This document shows positions 1 to 11,900 of a stretch of 54,606 bases of DNA, piece after piece (the stretch's first letter is position 1; each line of letters opens with the position of its first letter). Under the pieces are notes generated by a model. That model saw nothing but the letters and a program-made list of their open reading frames with translations. It did not search any database and was not told the origin of the DNA. The position numbers and the translations under genes are program-made. The stretch comes from Macrostomum lignano (Eukaryota): NCBI GenBank assembly GCA_002269645.1, contig NIVC01003249.1:54539-109144 (forward strand), read 5' to 3'.

Positions 1-2934
1 GTTGCACATATATTTTCATATTAGTATTAAACTTATAGTCATAGCCCTATTAGAATTCACTAGTTTATATTCATTTAACTAGAAAGCTTGGATTTTTACA
101 TTAAAGGTAGCATCAAACCAGATTCTAGCTAAATTTTGCCATTTGGTTTAGGGCCTAAATGACAGTCTTAACCATAAATAATAGCATGAAAGTTTATAAG
201 TATCAAGTTCTATGCCTCATATGATTTATATAATTACTATACATAATTGCCATAGTTTATATAGTTTATAAAGTATAAAGTTATTATGCTTCATAGTGTT
301 TAACCATAATTATGGCTATGGTTATCAGAAAATTCAAGGTAGCACTTTTTCTAGCAAAATTTGGTTATAGATTGGGCTATACAGATCTTGCCTAGTGGTA
401 GCCATGGTTATAGAATATAGATTTTAAGAGATTTGGAACACTTTATAATATCCTGTAATAATATAAATTCTTTGCTAGATTAAAAACAAAAGATCTTTGC
501 CAAGGCATTCTATGACTATGTTTATCTGAAAAGTTCAATTGCATTAAAAAGTTATAGTTAAATAATTATTTAAAAAGGCCTAGCAAGTACTCATTTAATA
601 TTGTTTATAATGATATCATTTAGTGACAATTTTGTTAATTTGCATTATGATAAACATGGCTATACCAGGGTCAGGATTGTGTATTAGTGTATACCAGAAT
701 GAAAATTGGTTCCCTAGTTTATATATGACAATGTATGCCAATGGATTTTTATTGCATACAAAAATATGCCAAAATAAAAAAATGAAAAATTATGATCATT
801 GTTTAAGGCTTACAACATTTTAATATTAAAAAAAGATTAGTAAAACTGGTTACTTTTTATTAAACTATAAAAACTAGTTATTATTTTAACTATTTCTTGT
901 TTTCTTTTGAAAATCTTAAAAAAGTAAAACATAATTATTTCAATTTAGTTTTTTATTATTTATTTGAAGAGGGACTGTTATTTTTGATAGAAATTTAGCT
1001 ACTTTAATATGTACATAGAGATTATGCTAAACTTTAACTAAATCATTTTTGTACTCTAATTGTATACTAGGGGCCTATATATTGATTAGGACTTGGAATT
1101 TGCTTAGTCCTACCTTCTATCTTGGCAATCTCTATGACTCTATATACTAAACTTTATACTAAGGGGTATGCCAGGCCTCTTTATACACCAATTTCTATGC
1201 CAATAGTTATAAACCAGATCCCTCATATATCCAGAGTATACTATCCAATGTCTAATAGCTTTAGGAAAATTTGGAAAATGGATAATGTTCTGCCATAAGG
1301 AGGGTCCATGTACTGTAGCCATAGCCATAAGCAAAACTATGGCTTACTCCAATTCTCTGTATTCCATAGCCATAATGACCCTGAAATTACCATATTCCTA
1401 TAGTTCCCGTAGCCATAGCCATAATTTTAACAAAAAATTTAAAAAACAAAATATTTTGAATCAAGAAGATAATCTAGTACTTAAACAACTGCAAACTAAA
1501 TTAGAAAATAAAAGAAACACTTAATTGTCTTTGTAAGATTATATTTCGTCTTTTTTCAAAGCAACAATACTTAGTCATTATTGAAAGTACTTACGCTAAA
1601 CTTTTTCACATTAATAAAAATTAGAGTTTGCTAGTATTTTATTGTACTTTTTATGGATATTTTTTTAAGTTTCTAGGTTGATAATACAGTTTACTAAAAG
1701 TATCTTTGTTTTACTCTACCTGTTTCTAATATTTTTTTCAATTTTTAACATTAATAACTATGGGCATGGCAATGGGAATCTACGGAATTTAATAGCAACT
1801 ACCATATTTCCATAGTCATAGCCGTAAGAGCAGCTAGCTACCATAGGCGTATCCATAGCTGCCGTAGGCACCTATTTTACCATATTTGCCATAGGATCCC
1901 GTAGCCGTAGCTACAGCTATGGCAGAACAATAAAAATGGAGACTTGACCATTTAAAACAATAAATTGCAACTATAGTCTACAGAGATAACATAGTTAAAA
2001 TTCAATATGGCTATAACTACAAAAGTACATAGGTGTGTCATTAGATCACTAGTGTCTCAACAAAATGGTATATGCTGCCAACTTTTCTTGAATGAAATTG
2101 AATTTCTAAGTTCAGTTAGAGAGTTAATTAAATTCTTTTGAATATGATGACTTATTTTGCTTGGTATACTTATAAATACCAAATATATCTGGATAACTTA
2201 TATTCGCTCCTTCATTAATTAGAATGAAGGTTATTAAAAGATTGATTTTTTCTTGGCTACTAAACTGTGCTGCACAGGCAGTACAGCACCTTTATCAACT
2301 AAATGTATAGTGGCCGACTAGGAAGTTCAAATACTAAATTAAATCTTCCAAAAATTAATGAAACAACACATTGTAATATTTTAATTTTTAGTGCAGTAAG
2401 TAGTAAGAAAAAGAAAGGTACAGGCCGTGCAGAATACACACATGGATGGAAAACAATTCTTCTTGACAAAAATATATTTCGAAGAATAGTAGCTTCATCT
2501 TATTAGTTGAATTATAAAACTTTTGAAACAATTGTTATAACAAAACTTTTACCTTTTATTATAAATAATTTTAAAATAGCTGAAACTCGTCTCTTGAGCA
2601 AAAAATGCTAACGTATTTTTTTGCACAGTTATTCATTCTTCTAAAATAAATTAAAACTGATGACCGCTGGGGTTTTCACGAAGCTAACCAATGCACGATA
2701 ATGTCAATTTTGTCCCACATCGGCGGGTTAATGATTTATCAATTTAATTCACAGGTCTAGCTCCAAGGAAGCGCAGGAAGTCACGGACTTTAAATTTTAT
2801 GAGAAATAAAAGGAACAATAATGTATTTATCATACCCCTACACATGAAGGACCACAGCAGCTAGGTCCTTGTAAATGTATGTATACTACCGTATATGCAT
2901 GTATGTAAATGTATGTAGCTACAACTTATACAGC

Positions 2935-3115
2935 ACATGGCCCCCAGGACTACTCAACTAGAAGGACAGGAAACTACGTTTCTTAGAAAATAATAAGGAG
3001 GCTGCATGGTTTTTGCCGAAAAATACACTACAATGGAGATATAGGATTTCATTTTTCAGCACAAAAATTGTTATTGCTTTTGATAGAAGGCAGCCCTGCA
3101 ACGTTCATTTTTAAT
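2935..3115 (+). mobile_element. Solo arm of the 7.2/8.2-kb foldback family
   Basis: GGACTACTCAACTAGAAGGAC..TTTTTGCCGAAAAATACACTAC..TTTTTCAGCACAAAAATTGTTATTG..GATAGAAGGCAG matches 8170-8310. Confidence 0.75.
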
Positions 3116-4681
3116 ATATTTTTGCCTCTCTGATAGCTCTATGGCAGCTTTTCGTTAAGAATAAGGATGTACGAGTATGTCAATTTTTCTACCTGCTGTC
3201 GTTAAAACTCAAATATTTCATTTCCCTAAGCTGCAGTGCCCCCATGCTGCAAATGTCTCGCTGCCTTTAATTAAATCGCGCATTAATTTTACCAATTCGA
3301 GTGCTGCTGGTTGAGTTTGCTTTGAGTTTCTAACACGTTGAAAGCAACGGAGAGGGATGCAGTGGAGGATGTGGCATATGGAAATACATGCGGAGCAGTC
3401 ATTAATTACTGAATACGCCATTCTCAAATGATCCTCAAGCCAAAGCATCTCCCAGTGCTCTGCTGGTTTGCACAATCGATAAGCAGCATCTCAGATGTGC
3501 TCGGATTTCAACAGATCAGAAATTTAGAAAGTCTACAGGCAGCACTCTCAGGATTGCTGCGAACCATGTATTTTATCATAAGGATGTATAAAATAATTAT
3601 TATAAGGAAATCCATGTGTATAATTGTTAGAAGAAATTTTTAGTATAAAGAATTTCGAGGAAAATATAATATAGTACATCAACAATTACAGTAATTTACG
3701 GCCAAATGTCTGTAATTGGGTCATCAAACAGCCAAATAGCTACAGAAACTTGCAACTTAGCTATAGCTAATGACTTGTCTGGCCAGCTAACAATATGTTT
3801 TCACCTTTCACCGAAAAGAATACAATAACGTACGTTTTTTTATCATTGAGTGTTAGGTAAGCTGTCAAAGGTATAAGTACAGTGATCAGGTAATATAATT
3901 GGAATTAATACATAAGAATGTCATAATCAAGACCTGAGCAGTTTAAAGCGTGAAAAGAGAAACTGCACAATGAGTTTAAGAAGCAGGAAGAAGCAGGAAA
4001 AACAGTCGGCTGTTAAAAAACACTTCAAAATTACAAGGGAAAGCAATAACAACACAGAGGAGACGGCCATTTTATGCAGGCGTGCTGGGCCACCAAACCT
4101 AAGCTAGCAGAGCCGGTGCAGTAAAAATTTGTGGCTGGACAAAAATTAGGCTTGAGAATTATGGGGATCGTGACGCGACAAATCAATGAATGCAGCAGCT
4201 GACCTGCAGGAAATTTGATCCTCAGCTGGATATCAGACACTCAAACACGTATTCATCGAGTACGATTGTAATGTTTTGAGTTCGGGTCTCGCTATAGCGC
4301 AGGCCTGCTAGCATTTTAAAGCTTGTGACCCTTAGCCACAGGAGCGAAAGTTGTACACACTTAATCCCCAGTAGCCAAGATCTGTTAAATAAAGAAAATA
4401 CTCGTATGATTCTAGTCACACAAAGCTAAACAGTCTATAGTACGAACAGGGACAACTAAAACCCTCGGGACGCGAAACGAGCCAATTCATGGCAAAAAAT
4501 CTGAGGGGCTCGCTTAAAAGTATTGTTCTATGGCTTTTTCAAGTCTTCTCTGCTATCAGGCATTAACGGTTAGATTAAATAGTAAAGCGAAGCAATGTCG
4601 AGTATTTAATTTAAAGAATAGGAACCAGTGATATAATTACAATGTATTTACAATAAAGTAACCGCCATATCAACAAAAAAC

Positions 4682-4761
4682 CCAACGGCAAGAAGATAAA
4701 GGATGAAAGCGAAGATGAAACTCCAACGGCAAGAAGATAAAGGATGAAAGCGAAGATGAAG
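4682..4761 (+). repeat. 41-bp direct repeat, two copies
   Basis: CCAACGGCAAGAAGATAAAGGATGAAAGCGAAGATGAA appears twice. Confidence 0.9.
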
Positions 4762-4961
4762 TTTTAGTTGTCCCTGAGTACGAAGTAGCTCGTAGTATAA
4801 ATTACGGTGCTTGGATTAAGTTAAGTGCAACTATTTCCATAGGGTACTTTTTTGCTTCTCTTTGATTCTTTTTAATTCAACTGCATGGGATCTATATTAC
4901 GTCCAATAGTGAGTGTCCTACCCTCGCTCATCACAGTCCTCGCCCTTCGGCGTAAAACAGC

Positions 4962-6124
4962 TCAGTTGAAAATCAGGCACTCAAACGTCTTCATCGAGTA
5001 TGGTATAACAAGTGCGCTACCAGATCCAGATGCATGAAGATAGTAAAAGATTCCCCGTGTGTTAATATTGGGATACTCTTTGTAGACACCGTTCGGGTTC
5101 ATGAATGCACACTTGCCGTACCACCAGCCAGACAGCCAGTCCTGTGCGCAGCTGCCCCCGCTAAAGTCGACATTGTCGGAGTCCGGAGTGCTGAACTGCC
5201 TGTTGTTCGGCGAGAAGTTCGAATTATTCAGCTGTCCGACACTCGACCTGCTCGCGTCCAGAGGTCCCATCGAGCACCTGAACTTGTCGCTCGCTGGGCC
5301 AACAGAGAACGGAGCATTCTCAGCCCAGTACCAGGTGCCATTCCAGTCGCTGAACTCCCAGTGGACTCTCCACACTCCAGTGGCGGTGAGCTGGTGGAGC
5401 TGCTCCAGTCCCATCCAGTAGTTGAGACTCTCGCCCTGACCGAATCCGCTCGCGTACTCCGCCCAGTTCCGGTTGAAGCTGACGGAGCCGTCGACTCTGT
5501 GCTGGAAGGTCGTCCAGCACTTCACCAGTTTTCTCATCTGCAATGGGCGATGCGGTGCTGCATTTCGTCTACGCATATTGATGCGGTGCTGCATTTCGTG
5601 TACGCATATTGATGCGGTGCTGCATTTCGTGCACGCATATTGATGCGGTGCTGCATTTCGTGCACGCATTTTGATGCGGTGCTGCATTTCGTGCACGCAT
5701 ATTGATGCGGTGCTGCATTTCGTGCACGCATATTGATGCGGTGCTGCATTTCGTGCACGCATATTGATGCGGTGCTGCATTTCGTGCACGCATATTGATG
5801 CGGTGCTGCAAAGTGCAGAAGCTGCAAAGCAAAACCCAGCTCACTCACCCACAGCTGAGACAGGCTGGAGTCGCTGGCGTGCCGGCACTTCCTGCAGGCG
5901 TCCATCGCTCCCCGATCGCAGGCCAGCAGCGAGCAGGAGCCCGAGGCCGCGTCGAAGCGGACGGCATCTGCGTTCTCAGCAACCATCGTACAGTGAATTT
6001 CGCTGATGGCCAGCTTCACCGCCAGCACCCGGTACTCGGCGAGGTCGCCTTGCTGGCGCTCCCAGCCGGAGTCTGTGGCCATTGCAGTCGCCATGACAGC
6101 GCAGATGATTAACAGAGAATGCAT
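4962..6124 (-). CDS. Secreted fibrinogen-related domain protein (FReD/FREP-like) with signal peptide and small Cys-containing PAN/apple-like N-terminal region; join(5849..6124,4962..5537)
   Basis: FReD motifs WTTFQHRVDGSVSFNRNWAEYASGFG, YWMGLEQLHQLT, FSTPDSDN and SGWWYGKC. N-terminus MHSLLIICAVMATAMA is hydrophobic. Phase-0 intron 5538..5848 (TGG|GTGAGT ... CATTGCAG|ATG) joins the frames exactly (283 aa). Confidence 0.9.
5549..5810. repeat. 31-bp minisatellite filling the FReD intron (~8 copies)
   Basis: Unit GATGCGGTGCTGCATTTCGTGCACGCATATT. Confidence 0.95.
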
Positions 6125-7171
6125 TGAGCCGTGAGACAGCAGTTGTTTAAGATTCTGCAGTTTTGCTCCGTGTGTTGGCATCCCGTGAGGCTGCGCTTTG
6201 ATAACTTGATGCGGTGTTGGGCGGAGGTGGATTTTGGAGGTGGGCGGCTGAGTTTTGTTTATTTACAACTGCTTGGCAACAATGAGCGCACAAGCGAATG
6301 AGGGAAGAGAACTGCGGCGTCAGTGTACAGTGCTACGGAACAAAATAACTCAGAGTAATTGGTGGGCTTCGCGGTCCTGGATAAACAGGGCTCTGCAATG
6401 GTCGTCAATGCGATTTAGTCCCACCCAGCAACGCCCCATTTCATTGGCTTACACACGCAGTATGACTTCAAGATTGACAGCGAAGTGACACCACATACTT
6501 GGCAGTTCAGCTCAGAGGCGCTTCTGGTGAACCAAGCAGTTTGCACCGCGGTTGGTGGCGGCACGGATTAACCTAATCTCCGGATTACCTGCACTGTACC
6601 TGAGGATAATGTCTACTGTACATCCGATTCCCTCTTCCCCAATAATTTTCCGTTATAATAATAATATCGTCGTTCCATAGGAATTTTATACTAGATTACT
6701 TTTCGGGGTCTTAAATTACCATGGAGATGTCAATTGGTTGTCAAAGCCTGCGGATCTACTGGCAACAGCTGTGGTCTGTGAAAAACGTGTGCGACTGGCA
6801 CTTAATTCTCACATTCTCAACAGGCCATCAATCAAAGGATATTGTTCGGGTTTATCCCAGGCGTGCAGACGATATTTTGACAGCTGTGAATTTCACCCGG
6901 TAAAACAAAGTATTTGCTTACCATCAGTCAATGGGTCCCGTGTTAGCTATGAAAACTAGATATCATAATATCGTTGATAGACATGTCAGTGGGGAGAAGG
7001 GTTTTTAAGAGAGGAGGGGAGGCGCGATATTTGACGACTCTAGATTTGAATTAAGCTTCTCAATAAGTACAATATTATTTTATTTAAAATTATAATCATT
7101 ATCTACACAGTGGCCGACATACGTCGTACATCTACTGTAAAAATTCCCCCAGCTAGGGTCTCAAAGGGCCA

Positions 7172-7840
7172 CATGCATGCCAAGGACTACTCAAGTAACA
7201 TATATGGGACGCAACACTCGAAATCTATGGTAAGTGTTTTGAAGGCAACTTTTCGCCGAATAATACGAGCGTACACTACAGAGATAGGAGGTTTTAATTT
7301 TTTCAGCACAAAAAATGTTATTGCGTTTGATAGGAGGCAGATCCAGTGTTCATCTTCTGATATGTTGTGCCTTTCTTATTGCTCTATCGATATTCATAAA
7401 GCTTTTTGTTCAGAGATAGTTTTAAAGGCAGCTTTCACCGGAAAAATACACTACCGAGATAGGAAACTTCACGATTTTCAACACTAAAAGTGCTTGGGTC
7501 TCTTAACAGTGTCAGAGAAAGTTCTAATCACACTATTTTGTGCCTCACATGCTGCTCTAACGGCGCATTAATCGATGTTAAATTGGTCTTGTCATTACTT
7601 TAAACGTTTTTTTCAAGTGACAGACCAATTCAACATGAAAAATCGATTAATGCGCCGTTAGAGCAGCATGTGAGGCACAAAATAGTGTGATTAGAACTTT
7701 CTCTGACCCTGTTAAGAGACCCAATCACTGTTTTACTCGTAGTATTGAAAATCGTGAAATTTCCCATCTCGGTAGTGTATTTTTCGGCGAAAAGTTGCCT
7801 TCAAAACATTTACCACAGATTTCGAGTGTCCTTGATGCAT
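7172..7840. mobile_element. Foldback/MITE-like element with long inverted arms
   Basis: 7495-7575 (GGGTCTCTTAACAG..CATTAATCGAT) is almost the exact reverse complement of 7642-7722. Outer arms 7215-7260 and 7440-7487 pair with 7745-7830. The left arm carries extra internal sequence. Confidence 0.8.
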
Positions 7841-8164
7841 GACTGCTCTGCATCAGCTGTTGTAGGGAGTCTGCATGTAGTCACATTAATATGGCCAGCT
7901 ATAATCTTGCATCAAGGAATTTGAAAATGTTCAACATTCCCCAACCCTATAATGATAGTTTCGCGTTGTCAAAAATCTTCCTGCGAAAAATGCTGTATGT
8001 TTCCAGGCAAATCGACTGACCTACAACCTAAAGCATTAAGTAACTCCAAGTTCACACAGGTCCATAACCAACCACTCCTAAATCATACTCCTTCGAGAGC
8101 TCAGCTTCGCAACTAGACCCCAAGACCTTACGCTGTCCTACCTATGCTCAACTCAGGCACCTCT

Positions 8165-8785
8165 GCCAAGGCCTACTCAAGTAGAAGGACGGGAGACTAC
8201 GTTTCATGGAAAATGTTGAGGATGCTGGTTTTTGCCGAAAATACACTACGGAGATAGGAAGGCTTCATTTTTCAGCACAAAAATTGTTATTGTTTTCGAT
8301 AGGAGGCAGATCCAGTGTTCATCTTTTGATATGTTGTGCCTTTCTAACTTTCTTATAGCTCTATTGATACTCATCGAGCTTTTTGTTTAGAAAATTAAGA
8401 TTCCATGTTAATTTTTTATTCTACGTACTTTTCCTGTACCTAAAAATCATAAAAATGTATGGCACAGCTCAACTCTGGTGTTTTGAATCTATTTTACGAG
8501 TATCATCTCTGCTACACAGTCAGCTAAGAATGACAAAATAGATTCATAAAACCAATGAGCTGAGCCGTGCCATTTCAATGGTTCTCAGGCACAGGAGATA
8601 TGCAATTGTACGTGGAATAAAAAATTAACATGGAATCTTAATTTTCTGAACGAAAAGCTCTATGAATATCGATAGAGCAATACTCCTATCGAAAACAATA
8701 ACAATTTTTGTAGTTTCTCCGTAGTGCATTCTTCGGCGAAAACCAGCCTGTCCTTCTAGTTGAGTATAAGTCCTTGATGGCTCCA
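8165..8785. mobile_element. Second foldback element of the same family
   Basis: 8370-8425 (AGCTTTTTGTTTAGAAAATTAAGATTCCATGTTAATTTTTTATT) is inverted at 8612-8660. TACTCAAGTAGAAGGAC at ~8174 is inverted at ~8750-8766. Confidence 0.75.
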
Positions 8786-8975
8786 TGATGCTTGCGTCCT
8801 TGCTTTAAATGCTTCTGGTCTCTGACAGTTATTACAATTGCTATTATTGTGTTTTGAAGGCAAATATTCCATTGAAAAAGACAGAATTAAGTAGCTGGTA
8901 TATCATAGTATATTTTATGTCATATAACAGAAGAAGCATTCTAATTGAAAAAATCAATGTCGTCGCAAAGTGTTT

Positions 8976-11900
8976 TTAAAGTGCATCCAGTTGCTGCTGC
9001 TGCTGCGGGTCTCCATCGCAGTTGTGCACCTCTTCAAGAGCCATATTCGGCGCCTGTGAAAGAGATTTGCTATCAGATTCGTCAGCGACTCGGACTCGAT
9101 TAACAATCTGTCGTTCGTCGGATTTACTGTCGGATGAACCTGCAGTATCATTGTCTGATCCGGCTGCCAGAGCTTCAGCGCCGCGCTCCATAGCCGACTG
9201 GATGGCGGCGATGCAAGCGGACACGTAGATGAGCCCGGTGTAGATCCACAGGCTAAGGAACAACTTGTAACCGGGAAATACCGGGGTTTTTTGCTGGCCT
9301 ATGGGGGTTGAATGGAATAGAGAGGGAGTTTATGGATATTAAGCTTGTCTATGTACGCTCGCACATGTCGATGAGTTCTATAGACAGAACAGCAGTTATG
9401 TACAGTGCGCATCAGATACATCAGATAAGCAGAGTTTGCACGTTGCTTAGTTCTAAACGCCCAATCTCCGTTTCCTAGAATACCCGTCTCCCAAAATGCT
9501 CGTTTCCTGGAATACCCGTTTCCCAAAATTCTCGTTTCCTGGAATACCCGTTTCCCGAAATTCTCGTTTCCTGGAATACCCGTTTCCCAAAAAGCTCGTT
9601 TCCTAGAATACCCGTCTCCCAAAATGCTCGTTTCCTGGAATATCCGTTTCCCAAAATGCTCATTTCCTGGAATATCCGTTTCCCAAAATGCTCGTTTCCT
9701 AGAATACCCGTTTCCCAAAATTCTCGTTTCCTGGAATACCCGTTTCCCAAAATTCTCGTTTCCTAGAATACCCGTTTCCCAAAATTCTCGTTTCCTGGAA
9801 TACCCGTTTCCCAAAATTCTCGTTTCCTGGAATACCCGTTTCCCGAAATTCTCGTTTCCTGGAATACCCGTTTCCCAAAAAGCTCATTTCCTAGAATACC
9901 CGTCTCCCAAAATGCTCGTTTCCTGGAATACCCGTTTCCCAAAATGCTCATTTCCTGGAATATCCGTTTCCCAAAATGCTCGTTTCCTAGAATACCCGTT
10001 TCCCAAAATGCTCGTTTCCTGGAGTACCCGTTTCCCAAAATGCTCGTTTCCTAGAATACCCGTTTCCCAAAATGCTCGTTTCCTGGAATACCCGTTTCCC
10101 AAAATGCTCGTTTCCTAGAATACCCGTTTCCCAAAATGCTCGTTTCCTGGAATACCCGTCTCCCAAAATGCTCATTTCCTGGAATACCCGTCTCCCAAAA
10201 TGCTCATTTCCTGGAATACCCGTCTCCCAAAATGCTCGTTTCCTGGAATATCCGTTTCCCAAAATGCTCGTTTCCTGGAATACCCGTCTCCAAAAATGCT
10301 CGTTTCCTGGAATACCCGTTTCCCAAAATGCTCGTTTCCTAGAATACCACTTTCTTAGAATGCCCTTTTCCCAGAATAACCGTTTCCTAGAATACCTGTT
10401 CAGCAATACACAATACCCGATTTTTATAGATAATAAACCAGATTCGGATTCCCTATACCTGATTCCCAATTTCCGATCGATACCCCCCACCCCCTCACCG
10501 GCAATGAAGTCCCCGAACCCGATGGTCGACAGCGTCACAAAGCAGTAGTACATGCCGACCCCAAACTGCCAGCCCTCCGAATAGGTGAACACCAACGATG
10601 GCAGGACAAAGTACAGCAGGAATCCAACCAGGATGAACGCAGCGCACGCCACCCCGGTCCCCAGCCGCCTCCTGGACTTCCAGCACTCCAGTCGAAGCGC
10701 CCGCAGCTCCAGCCCCTTCAACTTGGCGGCCAGCCCGCCCAAGAACAGGGCCAGCAGCGGGATGCCAATCATGGCGTACAGGCAGCAGAAGCCGCGGCCG
10801 AGATCCGTGGACGGCGCCACGTTGCCATAGCCGATGGTGGTGATGGCCGTCATGCTGAAAAATACCCCGCCAATAAAATCCCAGCGTGTTGGCAGCGACA
10901 AGGTGATACTGCGATTGGCGTCCTGGCCGCGGGTCACCGAGGCGCCGCTTGGCAGGCGGGACAGCAGCTCGGCCAGCTGGTCCGTGGCGTTCGACGGCAA
11001 CTCGCTGCAGGACAGCTCGGCTTGAGTGGCGTGTTTTGGCGGGGAGAGAAAAGGGAGAAGTCTGCGTTAGACTACTTTTAGTAGGAGAAATTGTGCATTT
11101 ATGCCAAATGCGAAATAACTGGTGATTTGTTGTCAATTTTATCCGATCGTTTTCCAAGGTCTCGTACCTGTTCGATCACTCGAGGCATCGCCTGTTAGAC
11201 AGAGGAGTGTCACCTGTTAGACAAAGGATAGTGTCACCTGTTAGACAAAGGATAGTGTCACCTGTTAGACAGAGAATAGTGTCACCTGTTAGACAGAGGA
11301 TAGTGTCACCTGTTAGACAGAGAATAGTGTCACCTGTTAGACAGAGGATACTAGTAGTGTCACCTGTTAGACAGAGGAGTGTCACCTGTTAGACAAAGGA
11401 TAGTGTCACCTGTTAGACAGAGGATAGTGTCACCTGTTAGACAAAGGATAGTGTCACCTGTTAGACAGAGAATAGTGTCACCTGTTAGACAGAGGATAGT
11501 GTCACCTGTTAGACAGAGAATAGTGTCACCTGTTAGACAGAGGATACTAGTAGTGTCACCTGTTAGACAGAGGAGTGTCACCTGTTAGACAAAGGATAGT
11601 GTCACCTGTTAGACAGAGGATAGTGTCACCTGTTAGACAAAGGATAGTGTCACCTGTTAGACAGAGAATAGTGTCACCTGTTAGACAGAGGATAGTGTCA
11701 CCTGTTAGACAGAGGAGTGTCACCTGTTAGACAAAGGATAGTGTCACCTGTTAGACAGAGGATAGTGTCACCTGTTAGACAAAGGATAGTGTCACCTGTT
11801 AGACAGAGAATAGTGTCACCTGTTAGACAGAGGATAGTGTCACCTGTTAGACAGAGGAGTGTCACCTGTTAGACAAAGGATAGTGTCACCTGTTAGACAG

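Noticed and set aside
5034-6112. Plus-strand ORFs overlapping the FReD gene (likewise antisense ORFs over the K2P, MYND, hAT-like, egal-like and Ly6 exons)
   Set aside because: They are antisense shadows of GC-rich coding exons with no recognisable motifs.
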